The notes: generated by a model from the sequence alone, not told the origin. A stretch of DNA of 64,000 nucleotides from an uncultured Chloroflexia bacterium (GCA_963809375.1 CAWEJO010000008.1:69075-133074), one strand, 5' to 3'. Counted from the stretch's first letter, positions 30,611 to 42,675 are shown. A program made the numbers and translations.

Positions 30611-32192
30611 GTGACCGAAGACTCGCGTCCCCCGGTGGTCGATCCGGATGCCCTGCTGGCCGCCCTCGAGGTGCTCGAGCGGTGGGCCGGCTCGCCGGAA
30701 GCCCATCCAGCGGCTCGCGGCCAGCTGCTCGAGGAGATCCTCAACGCGACGAGTGCCCGCGGCGCCTATCTCGACGCGACGTTCCCGCCGCTTCCCCCGA
30801 TCGCGGCCGGCGCGGGCACGCTGAAGCGGCGGCCGGGCGGGCGGCGCGCCGGGGGTCACCGCGATCGACATTCGTGCCGCGGCCGACGATCGGTCCGGCC
30901 GGGCCGGGACGCTGTACCTCGACCGCCCCGCCGCGGGCTCGCGGATCGTCGCCCGGCTGCTCGCGATCGGTCTCGAGTCGGCCGGCCTGCGCGAGGAGCT
31001 GGCCCATTCGGCGGAGCGGCTCGGCGCGCTCGACGAGGGCATCCGGGCGATGGCGGCCGTGCTGTCGGTCGAACGCGTGCTGCAGGTGATCGTCGACAGT
31101 GTCCGCGCGCTCACGGGGGCCGCCCACGCGGCCCTCGGGATCATCGATCCAGAGGGCTTCATCGACCAGTTCATCACGAGCGGCATCAGCCGCGCCGAGC
31201 GCGCCCGGATCGGCTCGCCGCCGCGCGGCCACGGGATCCTCGGCCTGATCATCCGCGAGAACCAGTCGTTCCGGATCGACGACATCGCGACGGACCGCCG
31301 GCGCCACGGATTCCCGGCCAACCACCCCGTGATGCACGCGTTCCTCGGCGTCCCCGTCGCGATCCACGGCCGCACGATCGGCAACCTGTACCTGGCCGAC
31401 AAGCCGGGCGGCTTCACGGAGGCCGACCAGCAGATCGTCGAGACGTTCGCGGCCCACGCCGCGATCGCGATGGAGAACGCGCGGCTGCACGAGCAGGTCG
31501 AGCGCCTCGCGATCGTCGAGGAGCGCGAGCGGATCGGTCGCGACCTCCACGACGGCGTCATCCAGTCGATCTACGCGGTCGGGCTCTCGCTCGAGGACGT
31601 TCCCGAGATCATGGAGGAGGAGCCCGGGGAGGCCCGCCGCCGGGTGGAGCGCGCCATCGAGAGCCTCGACCAGACGATCCGCGACATCCGCAACTTCATC
31701 TTCGGGCTGCGCCCCCAGCTCCTCGACGGGGTGGGCTACGTCGAGGGTGTCGCCGCGCTCGCCGACGAGTTCCGGGTCAACACCATGGTCGACGTCGAGC
31801 TTCGCGCCCGGCCCGACGTGGCGCTCCTCCTCGACGAGGGCCAGTCGCTCGAGCTGCTGTCGATCACCCGCGAGGCGCTCAGCAACATCGCCCGCCACGC
31901 CAAGGCGACTCGCGCGATCATCGCCGTCCGACCGTCCGACGACGGCTCGGGCGTGGTGATCGAGATCATCGACAACGGCATCGGCTTCGATCCCGCCGCC
32001 CCGCGCGGGCTCAGCCACCAGGGCCTCCGGAACATGCGATCTCGCGCTTCCTCGATCGATGCCACCCTGACGATCGAAAGTCAACCCGACGCCGGGACGC
32101 GTATCATCGTCCGCGTGCCGCGCGGCAACGCGACCGGCAGCCCCGAGCAGGCCCTCGGAACGGATCCACCGGAGGAACGCACTTCGCCATGA
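30611..32192 (+). CDS. DosS/DosT-like GAF sensor histidine kinase (frameshift near 30840)
   Basis: GHGILG...GFPANHPVMHAFLGVPV heme-GAF motif; ERERIGRDLHDGVIQ; REALSNIARH; DNGIGF. Confidence 0.9.
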
Positions 32193-32863
32193 CGGAGCAG
32201 CCCGAGCAGCGTCCACTGCGCCTGCTCGTCGTCGACGATCACGAGGTGGTCCGCCAGGGCCTCGTCGCCCTGATCGAGCGCCGCGAGAGGTTCCAGGTCG
32301 TCGCCGAGGCGGGGAGCGTCGAGGAGGCGCTCGAGGCCGCCCGCAAGTTCCAGCCGGACCTCGTCGTGATGGACGTGCGCCTGCCCGACGGCTCGGGCAT
32401 CGAGGCGTGCCGCGAGATCCGCTCCGAATTGCCGGCGACCCGCGTCGTGATGCTGACGAGCTACCCCGACGAGGAGGCGGTCCTCTCCGCGATCATCGCC
32501 GGCGCGTCCGGCTATCTCCTCAAGCAGATCCGGGCCCGCGATCTCGTGGCCGCGCTCGAGTCGGTCGGGCGCGGGGAATCGCTCCTCGACCCCGCCGTGA
32601 CCGAGAAGGTCCTCGAGCGCGTCCGTCGCATCGCGTCGGGCACCTACACGGACGAGCTCGCCCAGCTGACGGCGCAGGAGCAGAAGATCCTCCAGCTCGT
32701 GGCCGAGGGCAAGACCAACAAGGAGATCGCCTCGGAGGTCTTCCTCTCGGACAAGACCGTGAAGAACTACGTCAGCTCGATCCTCTCGAAGCTCAACCTC
32801 CAGCGCCGGGCTCAGGCGGCGGCGTTCGTCGCCAAGCATCGGCTGCCCGGCTCGGGTACCTGA
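32189..32863 (+). CDS. DosR/DevR-like NarL-family response regulator
   Basis: VVDDHEVVRQG, MDVRLPDGSG, GASGYLLK, GESLLDP, KTVKNYVSSILSKL; ATGA-coupled to the kinase. Confidence 0.92.
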   Translation: MTEQPEQRPLRLLVVDDHEVVRQGLVALIERRERFQVVAEAGSVEEALEAARKFQPDLVVMDVRLPDGSGIEACREIRSELPATRVVMLTSYPDEEAVLSAIIAGASGYLLKQIRARDLVAALESVGRGESLLDPAVTEKVLERVRRIASGTYTDELAQLTAQEQKILQLVAEGKTNKEIASEVFLSDKTVKNYVSSILSKLNLQRRAQAAAFVAKHRLPGSGT

Positions 32864-33034
32864 CCCCGGGATCGCGCCGCCCCAGGATTGCGCCGCGCCA
32901 GCGTCGCGTGCGCCGCCGGCTTGCGCGGCCAACGGCAAGGTCACGCCGGCGAGCTGCACGTTCATTCATCAGCCGACTAATCGGGACGCCTGACGCCACG
33001 CTGCGCCCCCGGCCGGGCCCGCAGATCCGCACGT

Positions 33035-33200
33035 GGACGCTTCGCCGCCCGCCGGAGCCGCGTTGTCAGTCGCAACTGGTTGACGACGGGGTTGCGAGGG
33101 CAGCGATCCAGCCCGACGAGGTCTCATACCTGTGCACGCCAGCCGCGTGCTGAATGAGACTGCGCGAAACTGAGGTGCAGCCGTCGGCGGTGTCTGTTCA
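33035..33200. ncRNA. candidate rod-shaped structured RNA (6S-like?) between convergent genes
   Basis: nested stems CGACGG 33084-89/CCGTCG 33181-86, GTCTCAT 33121-27/ATGAGAC 33154-60, GCACGC 33134-39/GCGTGC 33145-50; lower GC than the flanks. Confidence 0.35.
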
Positions 33201-33267
33201 GACTCGCCCGCGCCCGCGACCGCGGCCGGGCGCCGCGCCCGGGGACGCGGCCGGGGACGGCGACCCG

Positions 33268-33850
33268 TCAGCGTCCCCTGGACGGCCCCCGTCGGCCCTC
33301 CGCCGCCGCGACTCCCCGCCGTCCCGCCTGCCGGAGAAGCGCGTCGAGCTCCGCGCGGTGGGATCGCCCGATCGGCGTCCGGTCGAGCCACTCGATGTAC
33401 TCGAGGTCGGCCCGGGCGACCTCGCCGAGCGACCAGCCCGCGTAGCGCCCGAAGTGCAGGATCGTCCCCGCCGGGCGGCCGGGGGCCGGACCGGCCTCCG
33501 CGGGACCGACCGGCGGAGCGTCGGGCCAGGCGTGGGGCACCGCCCGCCGCGGAGCGGCCTCGGGCCGTTCGCTCCTCGGGCGCGGAGGAGCGGCCTCGGT
33601 GGCCGGGGCGAGAATCCGCGCCGGGTGACCGATCCCGGCGTGCCGCGGCCCGGTCGTAGGCAGCCCGTCGCTCGGGGTCGGCGAGGAGGTCGCGCGCCGC
33701 GTTGAGCTCGGCCATCCGGGCGGCGGCGTCCGGCGACCCGGCGACGTCCGGGTGATAGCGCTGGGCGAGCTTGCGGTAGGCCGCCTGGATGATCTCCGCG
33801 TCGGCCTCCGGGTGGACCAGGAGCGTGCGGTACGGGTCGAGCGTCGGCAT
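33268..33850 (-). CDS. J-domain (DnaJ-type) protein with C-terminal FGRY small domain; one frameshift
   Basis: DPYRTL...AAYRKLAQRYHPD; C-terminal ILHFGRYAGWSLGEV...YIEWL. Confidence 0.85.
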
Positions 33851-34014
33851 CGGCGCCGATTCTCCGATCTCGGATCGGTCGCGTCCACGGGACGGATGGG
33901 GCATGCTCGTACCAGGCGACGTGGCCCGCCCGTGCGGCGCCGTGAAGGACGCCGGCCCGGTCGTGGCGTCTGTCCGCCGCACCGGGCCACGTGGCCACCC
34001 GTGTGTCGCGCCGC

Positions 34015-34090
34015 CCGGTCGCGGCGGTGTCCGGTCGCGGCGGTGTCCGGTCGCGGCGGTGTCCGGTCGCGGCGGTGTCCGGTCGCGGCG
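34015..34090. repeat. tandem repeat of CCGGTCGCGGCGGTGT (16 bp, 4.75 copies)
   Basis: exact copies read directly; intergenic, no spacers. Confidence 0.95.
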
Positions 34091-34162
34091 CCCTTCAGCA
34101 GCTCGAGCTCCGTCTCCCTGCCGCGCCCCGACCCACCGCCCGGCCGACCCGGACGCCAACCG

Positions 34163-35224
34163 TCAGGCGCGCACCTCCTGGCGCATGAACGCCATGTAGG
34201 CGAGCCCGAAGGCGACCGCCGTGATGCCGACGATCACGAGCAGCTGCTGGCCGACGACGAGCAGGCTCTGGTCCAGCGAGAGGATCGACGTCGCGAGCGT
34301 GCCCTGCTGGGCCGCCGCCACGAGCTGGTCGGTCGTCATGATCGACTGCGTCAGGTGCGGGTTGAGGATCGCCTGGGTCGCGACCTGGAACATGCCATCC
34401 GGGCTGATCCGGTTGATCGCGTCGACGAGGCGGCTGTTGGCCAGCGCCTGGGCCTGGGTCGGCGCGGCGCCGAGCGGCGACAGCAGGCCAGCGAGCGTGC
34501 TGCTCAGCAAGCCGCCGAACAGCGAGAACACGAGCCAGGCCGAGATCGACACCAGGGCCGACGATGCGGCCCGGCGCATCAGCACGGAGCACAGCGTCGC
34601 GAGGGCCAGCCAGAAGCCGATGTAGACGACCGTGAAGACATACCAGACGAGGAGCCGGGCAGCATCTTCGGCGGTCGGCACGACCCCCAGCTGCAGCACG
34701 CCCCAGGCCGTGATGATCAGCAGGATCGCGCCGAGGGCGATCGCCACGGCGGTGAGGCCGGCGACGAACTTGCCGTTGATCACGTCGTCGCGGTAGATCG
34801 GCTGGGCGAGCAGGCGGGGCAGCGTCCGCTCGGAGCGCTCGCGGTTCACGGCGTCGAATCCGAAGGCGATGCCGAACAGCGGTGCGAGCCACGCGACGAG
34901 GGTCACGAACGCGGGCAGGGGCGTGGTGGCCGTCTGCTGGGTCGCCCCGGCCACGTCCGAGGCGCTGAGCGTGAACAGCAGCGGGAACAGGCTGTCGCTC
35001 GTCCGCAGGCTCGCGGCGACAGCGGTGATCTGCTGGGAGACCGAGTAGATCGCGGCCAGGCCGGCCAGCGCGAGGACGGCGAAGACGACCGCGAATCGGA
35101 CGCTCCCGAGGTGATCCGTGAGCTCCTTGTCCGCCACGATCCGCCAGCCGCCCGACGGCGGCCGATCCGCGCGGCTGGCCGGGCGCGGGCCGTCCGGCTC
35201 CACCTGCGAGGCCGCTCCGCTCAT
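34163..35224 (-). CDS. ABC-2 type transporter permease
   Basis: [34 protein letters not shown]; multiple TM helices. Confidence 0.9.
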   Translation of the reverse strand: MSGAASQVEPDGPRPASRADRPPSGGWRIVADKELTDHLGSVRFAVVFAVLALAGLAAIYSVSQQITAVAASLRTSDSLFPLLFTLSASDVAGATQQTATTPLPAFVTLVAWLAPLFGIAFGFDAVNRERSERTLPRLLAQPIYRDDVINGKFVAGLTAVAIALGAILLIITAWGVLQLGVVPTAEDAARLLVWYVFTVVYIGFWLALATLCSVLMRRAASSALVSISAWLVFSLFGGLLSSTLAGLLSPLGAAPTQAQALANSRLVDAINRISPDGMFQVATQAILNPHLTQSIMTTDQLVAAAQQGTLATSILSLDQSLLVVGQQLLVIVGITAVAFGLAYMAFMRQEVRA

Positions 35225-36497
35225 CGGGGTCCTCCGTCCGTCGGATCGTCCGGGACGTCGGCGCCGCCGGGCTGTCCGGGCTGGTCGTCGCCCACACCGC
35301 CCGGCGCCTCGGGTCGGCCGGCTCGCCGCGGGGCACGGTGGATTCGGGGGACCGGGGCGCCGGCCGTGGTCGTCGGCGCAGCGGTTCTCGCGGCGATGCT
35401 CCCCGCCCGGGCGTCCGGCGCCGGAGCCGGCGGCCGGGCCGGCAGCCGAGCCAGGAGATGCCTGCCCGTCGTCGCGGCTCCCCTCCGGCAGGTCGGCGGC
35501 CGCATGGACGAGGCGGCGATAGATCGAATCGAGGCGCTCCTCGCGGGTTCGGAGGTGGTCGAGTCGAGGCTCCGCGGCCGTCAAGGCCGGCACGAGATCG
35601 GCCGCGATCCCGGGCCTGCCCGTGACGATCACGATGCCCAGGTCCTGCGGGTCGGCCGCGACGGAGGCGACCCCGGCGACGCCGAGCAGGGCTGTCCGCA
35701 CCTGGTCGATCGAGGCCGTCTGGCCGCCGGCCGTCCGGGCGCCGACCTCGACCGCGTCCTCGGTCCGGGCTCCCTCGCCGGCGAGCTCACGGACCGTCCC
35801 GTCGGCGATGAGGCGGCCCTTGTAGAAGATGCCGACCCGATGGCAGATCGACTGGACCTGGTCGAGCAGGTGGGAGGAGAGCAGCACGGCAATCTGCCGC
35901 TCCGCCGCGATCCGATCGATGAGCGCGAGCAGCTCCGCGACGCCCTCCGGATCCAGCGACGCGGTCGGCTCGTCGAGGATCAGGACGGACGGGTCCTTGA
36001 GGAGCGCGTCGGCGATGCCGAGGCGCTGGCGCATCCCGCGGGAGTACGTCTCGACGGCTCGATCGGCGACAGTCGGCCAGGCCGACCTGGTCGAGCAGGT
36101 CGTCGATCCGCTGCGCCGCGACGGCGCCGGGGATCCGGTTGAGCCGCCCGGTGTAGGCCAGGTTCCGGCGGCCGGACATCCCGTCGTAGAAGCCGACGCT
36201 GTCGGGCATGTACCCGACGTGCCGCTTCACCTCGAGCGGGTCATGCATCGGATTGACGCCGACCACCCGGGCCTCGCCGGCGGTCGGCTCGGTGAGCCCG
36301 AGGAGCATCAGGACCGTGGTCGTCTTGCCGGCGCCGTTGGGTCCGAGCAGCCCGAACACCTCGCCGGGCCGCACCTCGAAGCTGAGCCGGTCGACCGCGG
36401 TCCGGTCGCCGTACCGCTTGGTCAGGCCGAGCGCCTCGATGACCGGCTCGCGGCCGGTGTCGCGTTCGACGCTCGACGGTGCCTCCTGCGCGACCAT
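35221..36497 (-). CDS. ABC ATP-binding protein (frameshifts near 36055 and about 35400)
   Basis: [26 protein letters not shown]. Confidence 0.88.
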
Positions 36498-36500
36498 CGG

Positions 36501-37719
36501 TCAGCGCCGTCCGAAGTGCCCGAACATCCAGCTCAGGGCAATGAACACGAGCACGATCAGGGCGCCCCCGACGATCGAGCCAGTTGAGCCCGACCTGGAC
36601 CGTGACCCGGACCGTCTCGGTGGCGGTCGCGGCGGGGACCGACGGGCTCGTCGCGGAGGTGACGTTGAAGGCGAGACGGTAGTCGCCTGCGACCGCGTTC
36701 GACGCGGGCGTGACGGACGCGGTCACGTTCTGCGTCTTGCCCGGATCGAGCCGGTCGATCGTCGGGGTGTCGAAGGTCGTCGTCCAGCCTGTCGGCGGCG
36801 TCGCGCTGATCGTGATCCCCGTCAGCGTTCCCGACCCGGTGTTCGAGATGACCCAGGTGTACTTCTGGACGGCGCCAGCCTGCGCCGTCATCGCCAGGGT
36901 CTCGTCCTGCGTCGGGTCGAGGCTGAGCGTGTAGCTGCCGGTGATCGTGACCGGCAGGAGGGCCGGGTCGGGCTGGATGTTCCCGTCGGCCGCCACATCC
37001 ACCTCGACCTGGTAGTCACCCGCGGCGGCGCCGGAGGGCGGTGCGACGCTGACGCTGACGCTGCCCGTGCCGGCGGCCGGGACCTTGAGGCTGGTGGCCT
37101 GGCTCGAGCCGCCCGGCAGCGCATTGACCTGCCAGCCGGCCGGCTGCTGGGTCGAGAAGGTGAAGGTCGTGTCCCGCGGCGTGTTGTTGTGGATGGCGAG
37201 GCTGTAGCTGAGCGTGCCGCCTGCGGCGGTCTTCTGGCCGGTGACGGGATCGATCGTCACGCTCCCGCCTGCTCCGCTCTCGACCCGCATCGAGAGTCGC
37301 AGGTCTGCGGTCAGGCCGCCCGACCGGGCGCGAACGGTCAGCGGGATGGTCCCGCTGGCGTCCGCCGGCAGGATCACGTCGAGGCTCACGGCGGCCGGCT
37401 TCTCGGCATCCGCCTGGACGCTGTCGACGGTGAAGCCTCCGCCCGTCAGGCGGGCGGCGCCGCCCTGCGGGGTCCCGTCGATCGACAGGTCCACGACGCG
37501 CAGCGCGTCGCTGGTGACCGTGATCGGGAACGAGACGCTGGCACCGGGCTGGACCGCCACGCTCGGGTATGGGGTGCTGAGCGTCAGCGGGTCGGCCGCG
37601 CGGGCAGCCGACGCGAACGGAGCGGCGAGGGGCACCGCAACCAGCGTGACGAGCACAGCGCCGAGGAGCCGGGCAGGGTGCCGCCGGGCCGCACGCCCGC
37701 GGTCAGTGACGCGATCCAT
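36501..37719 (-). CDS. NEW3/Ig-like repeat surface protein with C-terminal TM anchor (frameshift near 36580)
   Basis: signal peptide; three Ig-like repeats (TPYPSVAVQPG, PAGWQV, PPTGWTT, AGDY). Confidence 0.8.
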
Positions 37720-37871
37720 GGATCCTCCGTAGAACCCGATGCGGTTGAGATGGTCCGGTCGCCCGGCGGCTGGCGGGCGGCGCGCGAGGCACCGCACCCC
37801 AGGCCCGGCAGCCGGCGCGCGCAATCCGGGCCGCGACGAGGATACCGGGATGCTGATTGGGGCGTGGTCAA

Positions 37872-37890
37872 GCGATTGTCATGAAATCGC
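37872..37890. promoter_or_regulatory. 19-bp inverted repeat GCGATT-GTCATGA-AATCGC
   Basis: AT-richer IR in the divergent region between the NEW3 operon and the CoA-transferase. Confidence 0.45.
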
Positions 37891-38062
37891 AATCAAAGGG
37901 GCTCCGACCGCGTTCGGGCCCGTTGGCGCGCGGCGGTGGGCCGGTCGGCCCTCCGGCCACGGCGGGCCAGGCCCGAGACTTCGGACAAACGCCAACCGCC
38001 CGGCGGCGGGCCGATGCGCCCCGCGCCGGACGCGTGGTTGAGCTGCCGTGGAGGCTGTCCGC

Positions 38063-39335
38063 ATGAGGATCGTGAGCGCCGCCGAGGCCGTGGCGGGGAT
38101 CCGGTCACACGACCAGGTGTACGTCCAGTGCGCTTCGGCGGCGCCCAGCGTGCTGCTCGACGCCCTCGTGGCCAGGGCGCCCGAGCTCGAGGACGTCCGG
38201 ATCGTCCACCTGCACATCGAAGGGCCCGGCCCGCACCTGGCCCCGGAGATGGCCGGCCACTTCCGGCACCTCGCCCTGTTCATCGGCCCCAATGCCCGGC
38301 GCGCCGTCAACGAGGGCCGGGCCGAGTACGTGCCGGTCTTCCTGTCCGACGTGCCCCACCTGTTCGATGCGAACCTGTTCCCCCTGGATGCCGTCCTCTG
38401 CAACGTCTCGCCGCCCGACCAGCACGGGTACTGCTCGCTCGGCACGTCGGTGGAGGCGATGAAGGCCGCCATCCGGCGTGCCCGGGTCGTGATCGCCCAG
38501 GTCAACGCGGCGATGCCCCGGACGCTGGGCGAGAGCTTCATCCACGTGTCCGAGATCGACCTGGGCGTCGAGGTGAGCGTGCCGCCCTGTCCGCGGCCGG
38601 ACGGCCCGATCGGGGAGGTCGAGCAGCGGATCGGCGAGTTCGTCGCGGACCTCGTCCCGGACGGCGCGACCCTCCAGATGGGGATCGGCGCCATCCCGAC
38701 GGCTGTCGCCGCCTGCCTGCGCGACAAGCAGCACCTGGGCGTCCACACCGAGCTGATGACCGACTGCGTGCTCGACCTTGTCGAGGCCGGGCGCGGTCAC
38801 CGGGATGGCCAAGGAGCGCAATCGCGGCAAGATCGTCGCCACGTTCATGATGGGAACCGAGCGCCTCTACCGCTTCGCCGACGACAACCCGATGATCGAG
38901 ATGCGGGCGTGCGACTTCACGAACGACACCCACATCATCCGGTCCTTCCGACGGATGACGGCGATCAACTCGGCGATCGCCATCGACCTGACCGGCCAGG
39001 TCTGCGCCGACTCGATCGGCTGGTCGCTCTACTCCGGCGTCGGCGGGCAGATGGACTTCATCCGCGGCGCGGCGCTCGCCCCCGAAGGCCGGGCCATCAT
39101 CGCGCTGCCATCCACCGCGTCGGACGGAAGGATCTCGCGGATCACGCCGTTCCTCGCGGAGGGTTCCGGCGTCGTCACGACCCGGGCCCACGTCCGCTCG
39201 GTCGTCACCGAGTGGGGCGTCGCCGAGCTCTACGGCAAGTCGATCCGCGAGCGGGCGAAGGCGCTCATCGCCATCGCGCACCCCGACTTCCGCGAGGACC
39301 TGACGGCCCAGGCGCGCCGCACGCACTACCTGTAG
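38063..39335 (+). CDS. acetyl-CoA hydrolase/4-hydroxybutyrate CoA-transferase family protein (frameshift near 38790)
   Basis: LQMGIGAIP, LGVHTEL, SGVGGQMDFIRGA, VTEWGVAEL. Confidence 0.92.
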
Positions 39336-39558
39336 CGACGGCACACGGACGCGCGGGCGTCGAGTGGAGCGAGGTCGGAAGGGGCGGCGCGCGCGATGGG
39401 CACCGCAAGAGCAGTGGTGGACGCCGCGCGTCCCCTGCGACGTCCACCACGCACCGTAGTCTCTTCCGGAAATCGGGCAACGTGGCAGGGCCGAACGGCC
39501 CCCTTCAATGGGCCGCCGGGCGGGTGCCGGCGCGACCAATGCGGGGGAACCTTGCGGC

Positions 39559-39945
39559 ATGCCCCAGCCGATCGCGTCGCCCGCGCGCCGCCTCCTCATC
39601 GTCAGCGACCACGTCGGGTCGTCGGACGCGCTTGCGGCGCACCTGGCGCGGCATGGCTTTGCCATCGTCGGGGAGGTCCGCTCGGCGGCGTCCGCCGCGG
39701 TCGCCGCACGGACGTGCGATCCCGACCTCGTGATCGTCGACGGCGCCCTCCGCGGGGGCTGGACCGTCGTGGCAGACGCGCTCGACGGCGTGGTCCCGCG
39801 CACCCGCATCGTCGTGCTGACGGCCTACCTCGGCGCGGACGAAGCGCGCGAGGCCCGCGCGGCCGGCATCGGGGCCACGATCCTCAAGCACGTCGAGGGC
39901 GGCAGCCTCGCCAGCCGCCTCCGGGCGATCGGGGGACCGGCGTGA
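39559..39945 (+). CDS. stand-alone atypical receiver-domain protein
   Basis: RLLIVSDH, LVIVDG, VVLTA, ILKH; no output domain. Confidence 0.7.
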   Translation: MPQPIASPARRLLIVSDHVGSSDALAAHLARHGFAIVGEVRSAASAAVAARTCDPDLVIVDGALRGGWTVVADALDGVVPRTRIVVLTAYLGADEAREARAAGIGATILKHVEGGSLASRLRAIGGPA

Positions 39946-40164
39946 CAACGCTCCGATCGTCGCGCCCGGCGCGTCCCTGCACCCGCCCCGCCAGCGGCGG
40001 CGGTGGTGGTGCCGATACGCCGCGGGAATGAGCTGATTCACGTGAGGCCGGCCGGCGCCACCTGACCCCCTGGCGCCCGCGGTCTCGAGCGGCCGCCACC
40101 CCGCCGGACGTGGCGGGTGGCGGCCGCTTCTTCCTTCCAGGTTCCCGCTGGCTTCCGGTTCGCG

Positions 40165-40720
40165 CTAGGTCCCCGCCGGGACGCCGGCGCCGAACGCCAG
40201 GCCACGCTCGAAGACGGCGAGGTCAGCCTCGAGCACCGCCGGCCGCTTCTTCCCGACGATCTCCGTCAGGGCGTGGCGGACGGCGTCGGCAGACACGAGG
40301 CCGGTCCGGCCGATCAGGGCGCCGAGTGCGGCGACGCTCACCAGCCGGTCGTCACCCGCCTCGCGGGCGAGGCTGCGTGCACGGCGGTCGCAGCTCGTCG
40401 ACGTCGGTCCGGCCGGACTCGGCCTCGACGAGCGTGTCGTTGACGACCAGCACGCCCCCGGGCGCCACGACCGGCCCGAACCGCTGGAGCGACGGCGGGT
40501 TGAGGACGACCGCGGCCCAGGCCTGGTCGACGACCGGCGACCCGATCGGCTCGTCGCCGATCAGCACGGTGCAGTACGCCGTGCCGCCCCGCATCTCCGG
40601 CCCGTACGAGGGGATCCACAGGACCTCGAGGTCCTCGTCCATGGCCGCCCGGGCCAGGACCTGGCCGGCGAAGAGCAGCCCCTGGCCGCCGAAGCCGGCG
40701 AAGATGATCGAGCGTTCCAT
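40165..40720 (-). CDS. 2-oxoacid:ferredoxin oxidoreductase gamma subunit (frameshift near 40385)
   Basis: AGFGGQG, PSYGPEMRGGTA. Confidence 0.92.
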
Positions 40721-40723
40721 CGA

Positions 40724-41509
40724 TCAGCCCTCCTTCGGCTCGACGGCCTTCGTCCGGTCGACGATGACGCCGGGCGGGTAGTGGGCGGCGACGACGTCGC
40801 GCAGCCGGTCGATCGATTCCTGGGGCGTCATGCCCCAGCCGACCGGGCAGTTGCTGATCACCTCGACGATCGCGAACCCGCGCCCTTCGAGCTGGACCTG
40901 GCAGGCCTTGCGGAGGTACTGCTTGGTCCGGCCGATCGACTGCGGGTCGGCCACCGATCCGCGGGCGGCATACGCGACCCCCGGCATCAGCGCCAGCATC
41001 TCGGTCATCGGGATCGGGTAGCCGTGGAGCGCCGCGTCGCGCCCGAGGGGCGACGAGGTGCTGCTCTGGCCGAGCAGCGTCGTCGGTGCCATCTGGCCGC
41101 CGGTCATGCCGTAGATGCCGTTGTTGACGAACACCGCGGTGAGCAGCTCGCCGCGGCCCGCCGCGTGGATGATCTCCGCCGTGCCGATGGCGGCGAGGTC
41201 GCCGTCGCCCTGGTAGGTGAGGACGAACGCATCGGGCCGCACCCGCCGCACGCCGGTCGCCACGGCGGGCGCCCGCCCGTGGGGGGCCTCGACCCAGTCG
41301 ACGCCGAGATAGTCGTACGCGAAGACCGCACAGCCGACCGGCGCCACGGCGATCGTCCGGGGACCGACACCGAGCTCGCCGAGGATCTCGGCGATCAGGC
41401 GGTGGACGACGCCGTGCCCGCAGCCCGGGCAGTAGTGCGTGCTTCGGTCGTTGAGGAGCTCCGGGCGCTCGAAGATGACCCGCGCGCCCTCGGGGATCTG
41501 CAGGCTCAT
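40724..41509 (-). CDS. 2-oxoacid:ferredoxin oxidoreductase beta (TPP-binding) subunit
   Basis: [34 protein letters not shown]. Confidence 0.94.
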   Translation of the reverse strand: MSLQIPEGARVIFERPELLNDRSTHYCPGCGHGVVHRLIAEILGELGVGPRTIAVAPVGCAVFAYDYLGVDWVEAPHGRAPAVATGVRRVRPDAFVLTYQGDGDLAAIGTAEIIHAAGRGELLTAVFVNNGIYGMTGGQMAPTTLLGQSSTSSPLGRDAALHGYPIPMTEMLALMPGVAYAARGSVADPQSIGRTKQYLRKACQVQLEGRGFAIVEVISNCPVGWGMTPQESIDRLRDVVAAHYPPGVIVDRTKAVEPKEG

Positions 41510-42675
41510 CGGGACGCCTCCGCCATCGCCTTCTCGCGTGGCCGTTCGGGCGCGGGGCCGTCGAGCATCTCCCGGAGCCGGGCGACGATCTCGGCGGGGC
41601 TCGGGATCATTCCCCCGGTCCGTCCCTCGAACGACACGGGCACCCGGCCTTCCACGGCGAGCCGGACGTCCTCGACCATCTGGCCGGCCGACATCTCGAC
41701 GACGAGCAGGCCGCGGACATCCCGGGCGACATCGTCGAGCGCCTGGGACGGGAACGGCCAGAGCGTGATCGGCCGGAAGAGCCCGGCCCGAATGCCCTGC
41801 TCGCGGGCCTGGGCGATCGCCGTGCGGGCCACCCGCGCCGCCGTCCCGTAGGCCACGATCACGACGTCGGCGTCGGCGAGCCGCTCCCCGGCCCACCTGA
41901 CTTCACGGGCCGCGATCCGCGCGTACTTGGCCTGCAGGTCCTGGTTGTGGGCCTCGAGGTCCTCGGGCTTGAGGTGGAGCGACCGCACGACCCGGGGCGC
42001 CCGGCCGTTGGCGCCGTCGACCGCCCAGGGCGTCGGGAGGCGCGGCGGCTCGCGGAAGTCGAGCTCGACCGGCTCCATCGCCTGGCCGAGGGTGCCGTCG
42101 GCAAGGATCATGACCGGCGTCCGGTACCGCTCCGCGAGCTCGAACGCGTCGGCCATGAGGGTCATCGCCTCGCCGATCGACGATGGCGCGAGCACGGGCA
42201 CCCGGTAGTCGCCGTGGCCGTGCCCCTTCGTCGCCTGGAAGTAGTCGGACTGCGACGGGCCGATGCTGCCGAGGCCCGGGCCGCCGCGCATGACGTTGAC
42301 CAGCACGACCGGAACCTCGCCGGCCGCCATGTAGCTCATCGCCTCGGCCATCAGGCTGATGCCCGGCGACGAGCTGCTGACCATCACGCGGGCGCCCGTC
42401 GCGGCTGCGCCGAGCGCCATGTTGATCGCCCCGAGCTCGCTCTCGGCCTGGACGAACGCCCTGCCCTCCTCGGGCATGCGGCGGGCCATCCATTCGAGGA
42501 GCTCCGCCTGCGGCGTGATGGGGTAGCCGAAGTAGGCATCGCACCCGGCGCGAATCGCGGCCTCCGCCATCGCCTCGTTGCCCTTCATCAGGACGCGGTG
42601 GCCGTGGGGGAGATGGTCGGGCGCCCAGGTCCGGGTCGCTTCGTGCGTGAAGGGATGGTGCTGCACGTTCGGCAT
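41506..42675 (-). CDS. 2-oxoacid:ferredoxin oxidoreductase alpha subunit (Vor type)
   Basis: [34 protein letters not shown]. Confidence 0.94.
   Translation of the reverse strand: MPNVQHHPFTHEATRTWAPDHLPHGHRVLMKGNEAMAEAAIRAGCDAYFGYPITPQAELLEWMARRMPEEGRAFVQAESELGAINMALGAAATGARVMVSSSSPGISLMAEAMSYMAAGEVPVVLVNVMRGGPGLGSIGPSQSDYFQATKGHGHGDYRVPVLAPSSIGEAMTLMADAFELAERYRTPVMILADGTLGQAMEPVELDFREPPRLPTPWAVDGANGRAPRVVRSLHLKPEDLEAHNQDLQAKYARIAAREVRWAGERLADADVVIVAYGTAARVARTAIAQAREQGIRAGLFRPITLWPFPSQALDDVARDVRGLLVVEMSAGQMVEDVRLAVEGRVPVSFEGRTGGMIPSPAEIVARLREMLDGPAPERPREKAMAEASR

Noticed and set aside
33035-33200. SRP RNA, tRNA or a known riboswitch
   Set aside because: Lacks the SRP CAGG...GGAAG...GCAG loop, a cloverleaf, and TPP/SAM/c-di-GMP/cobalamin consensus motifs
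34015-34090. CRISPR array
   Set aside because: The 16-bp units are contiguous with no unique spacers, and no cas genes are present
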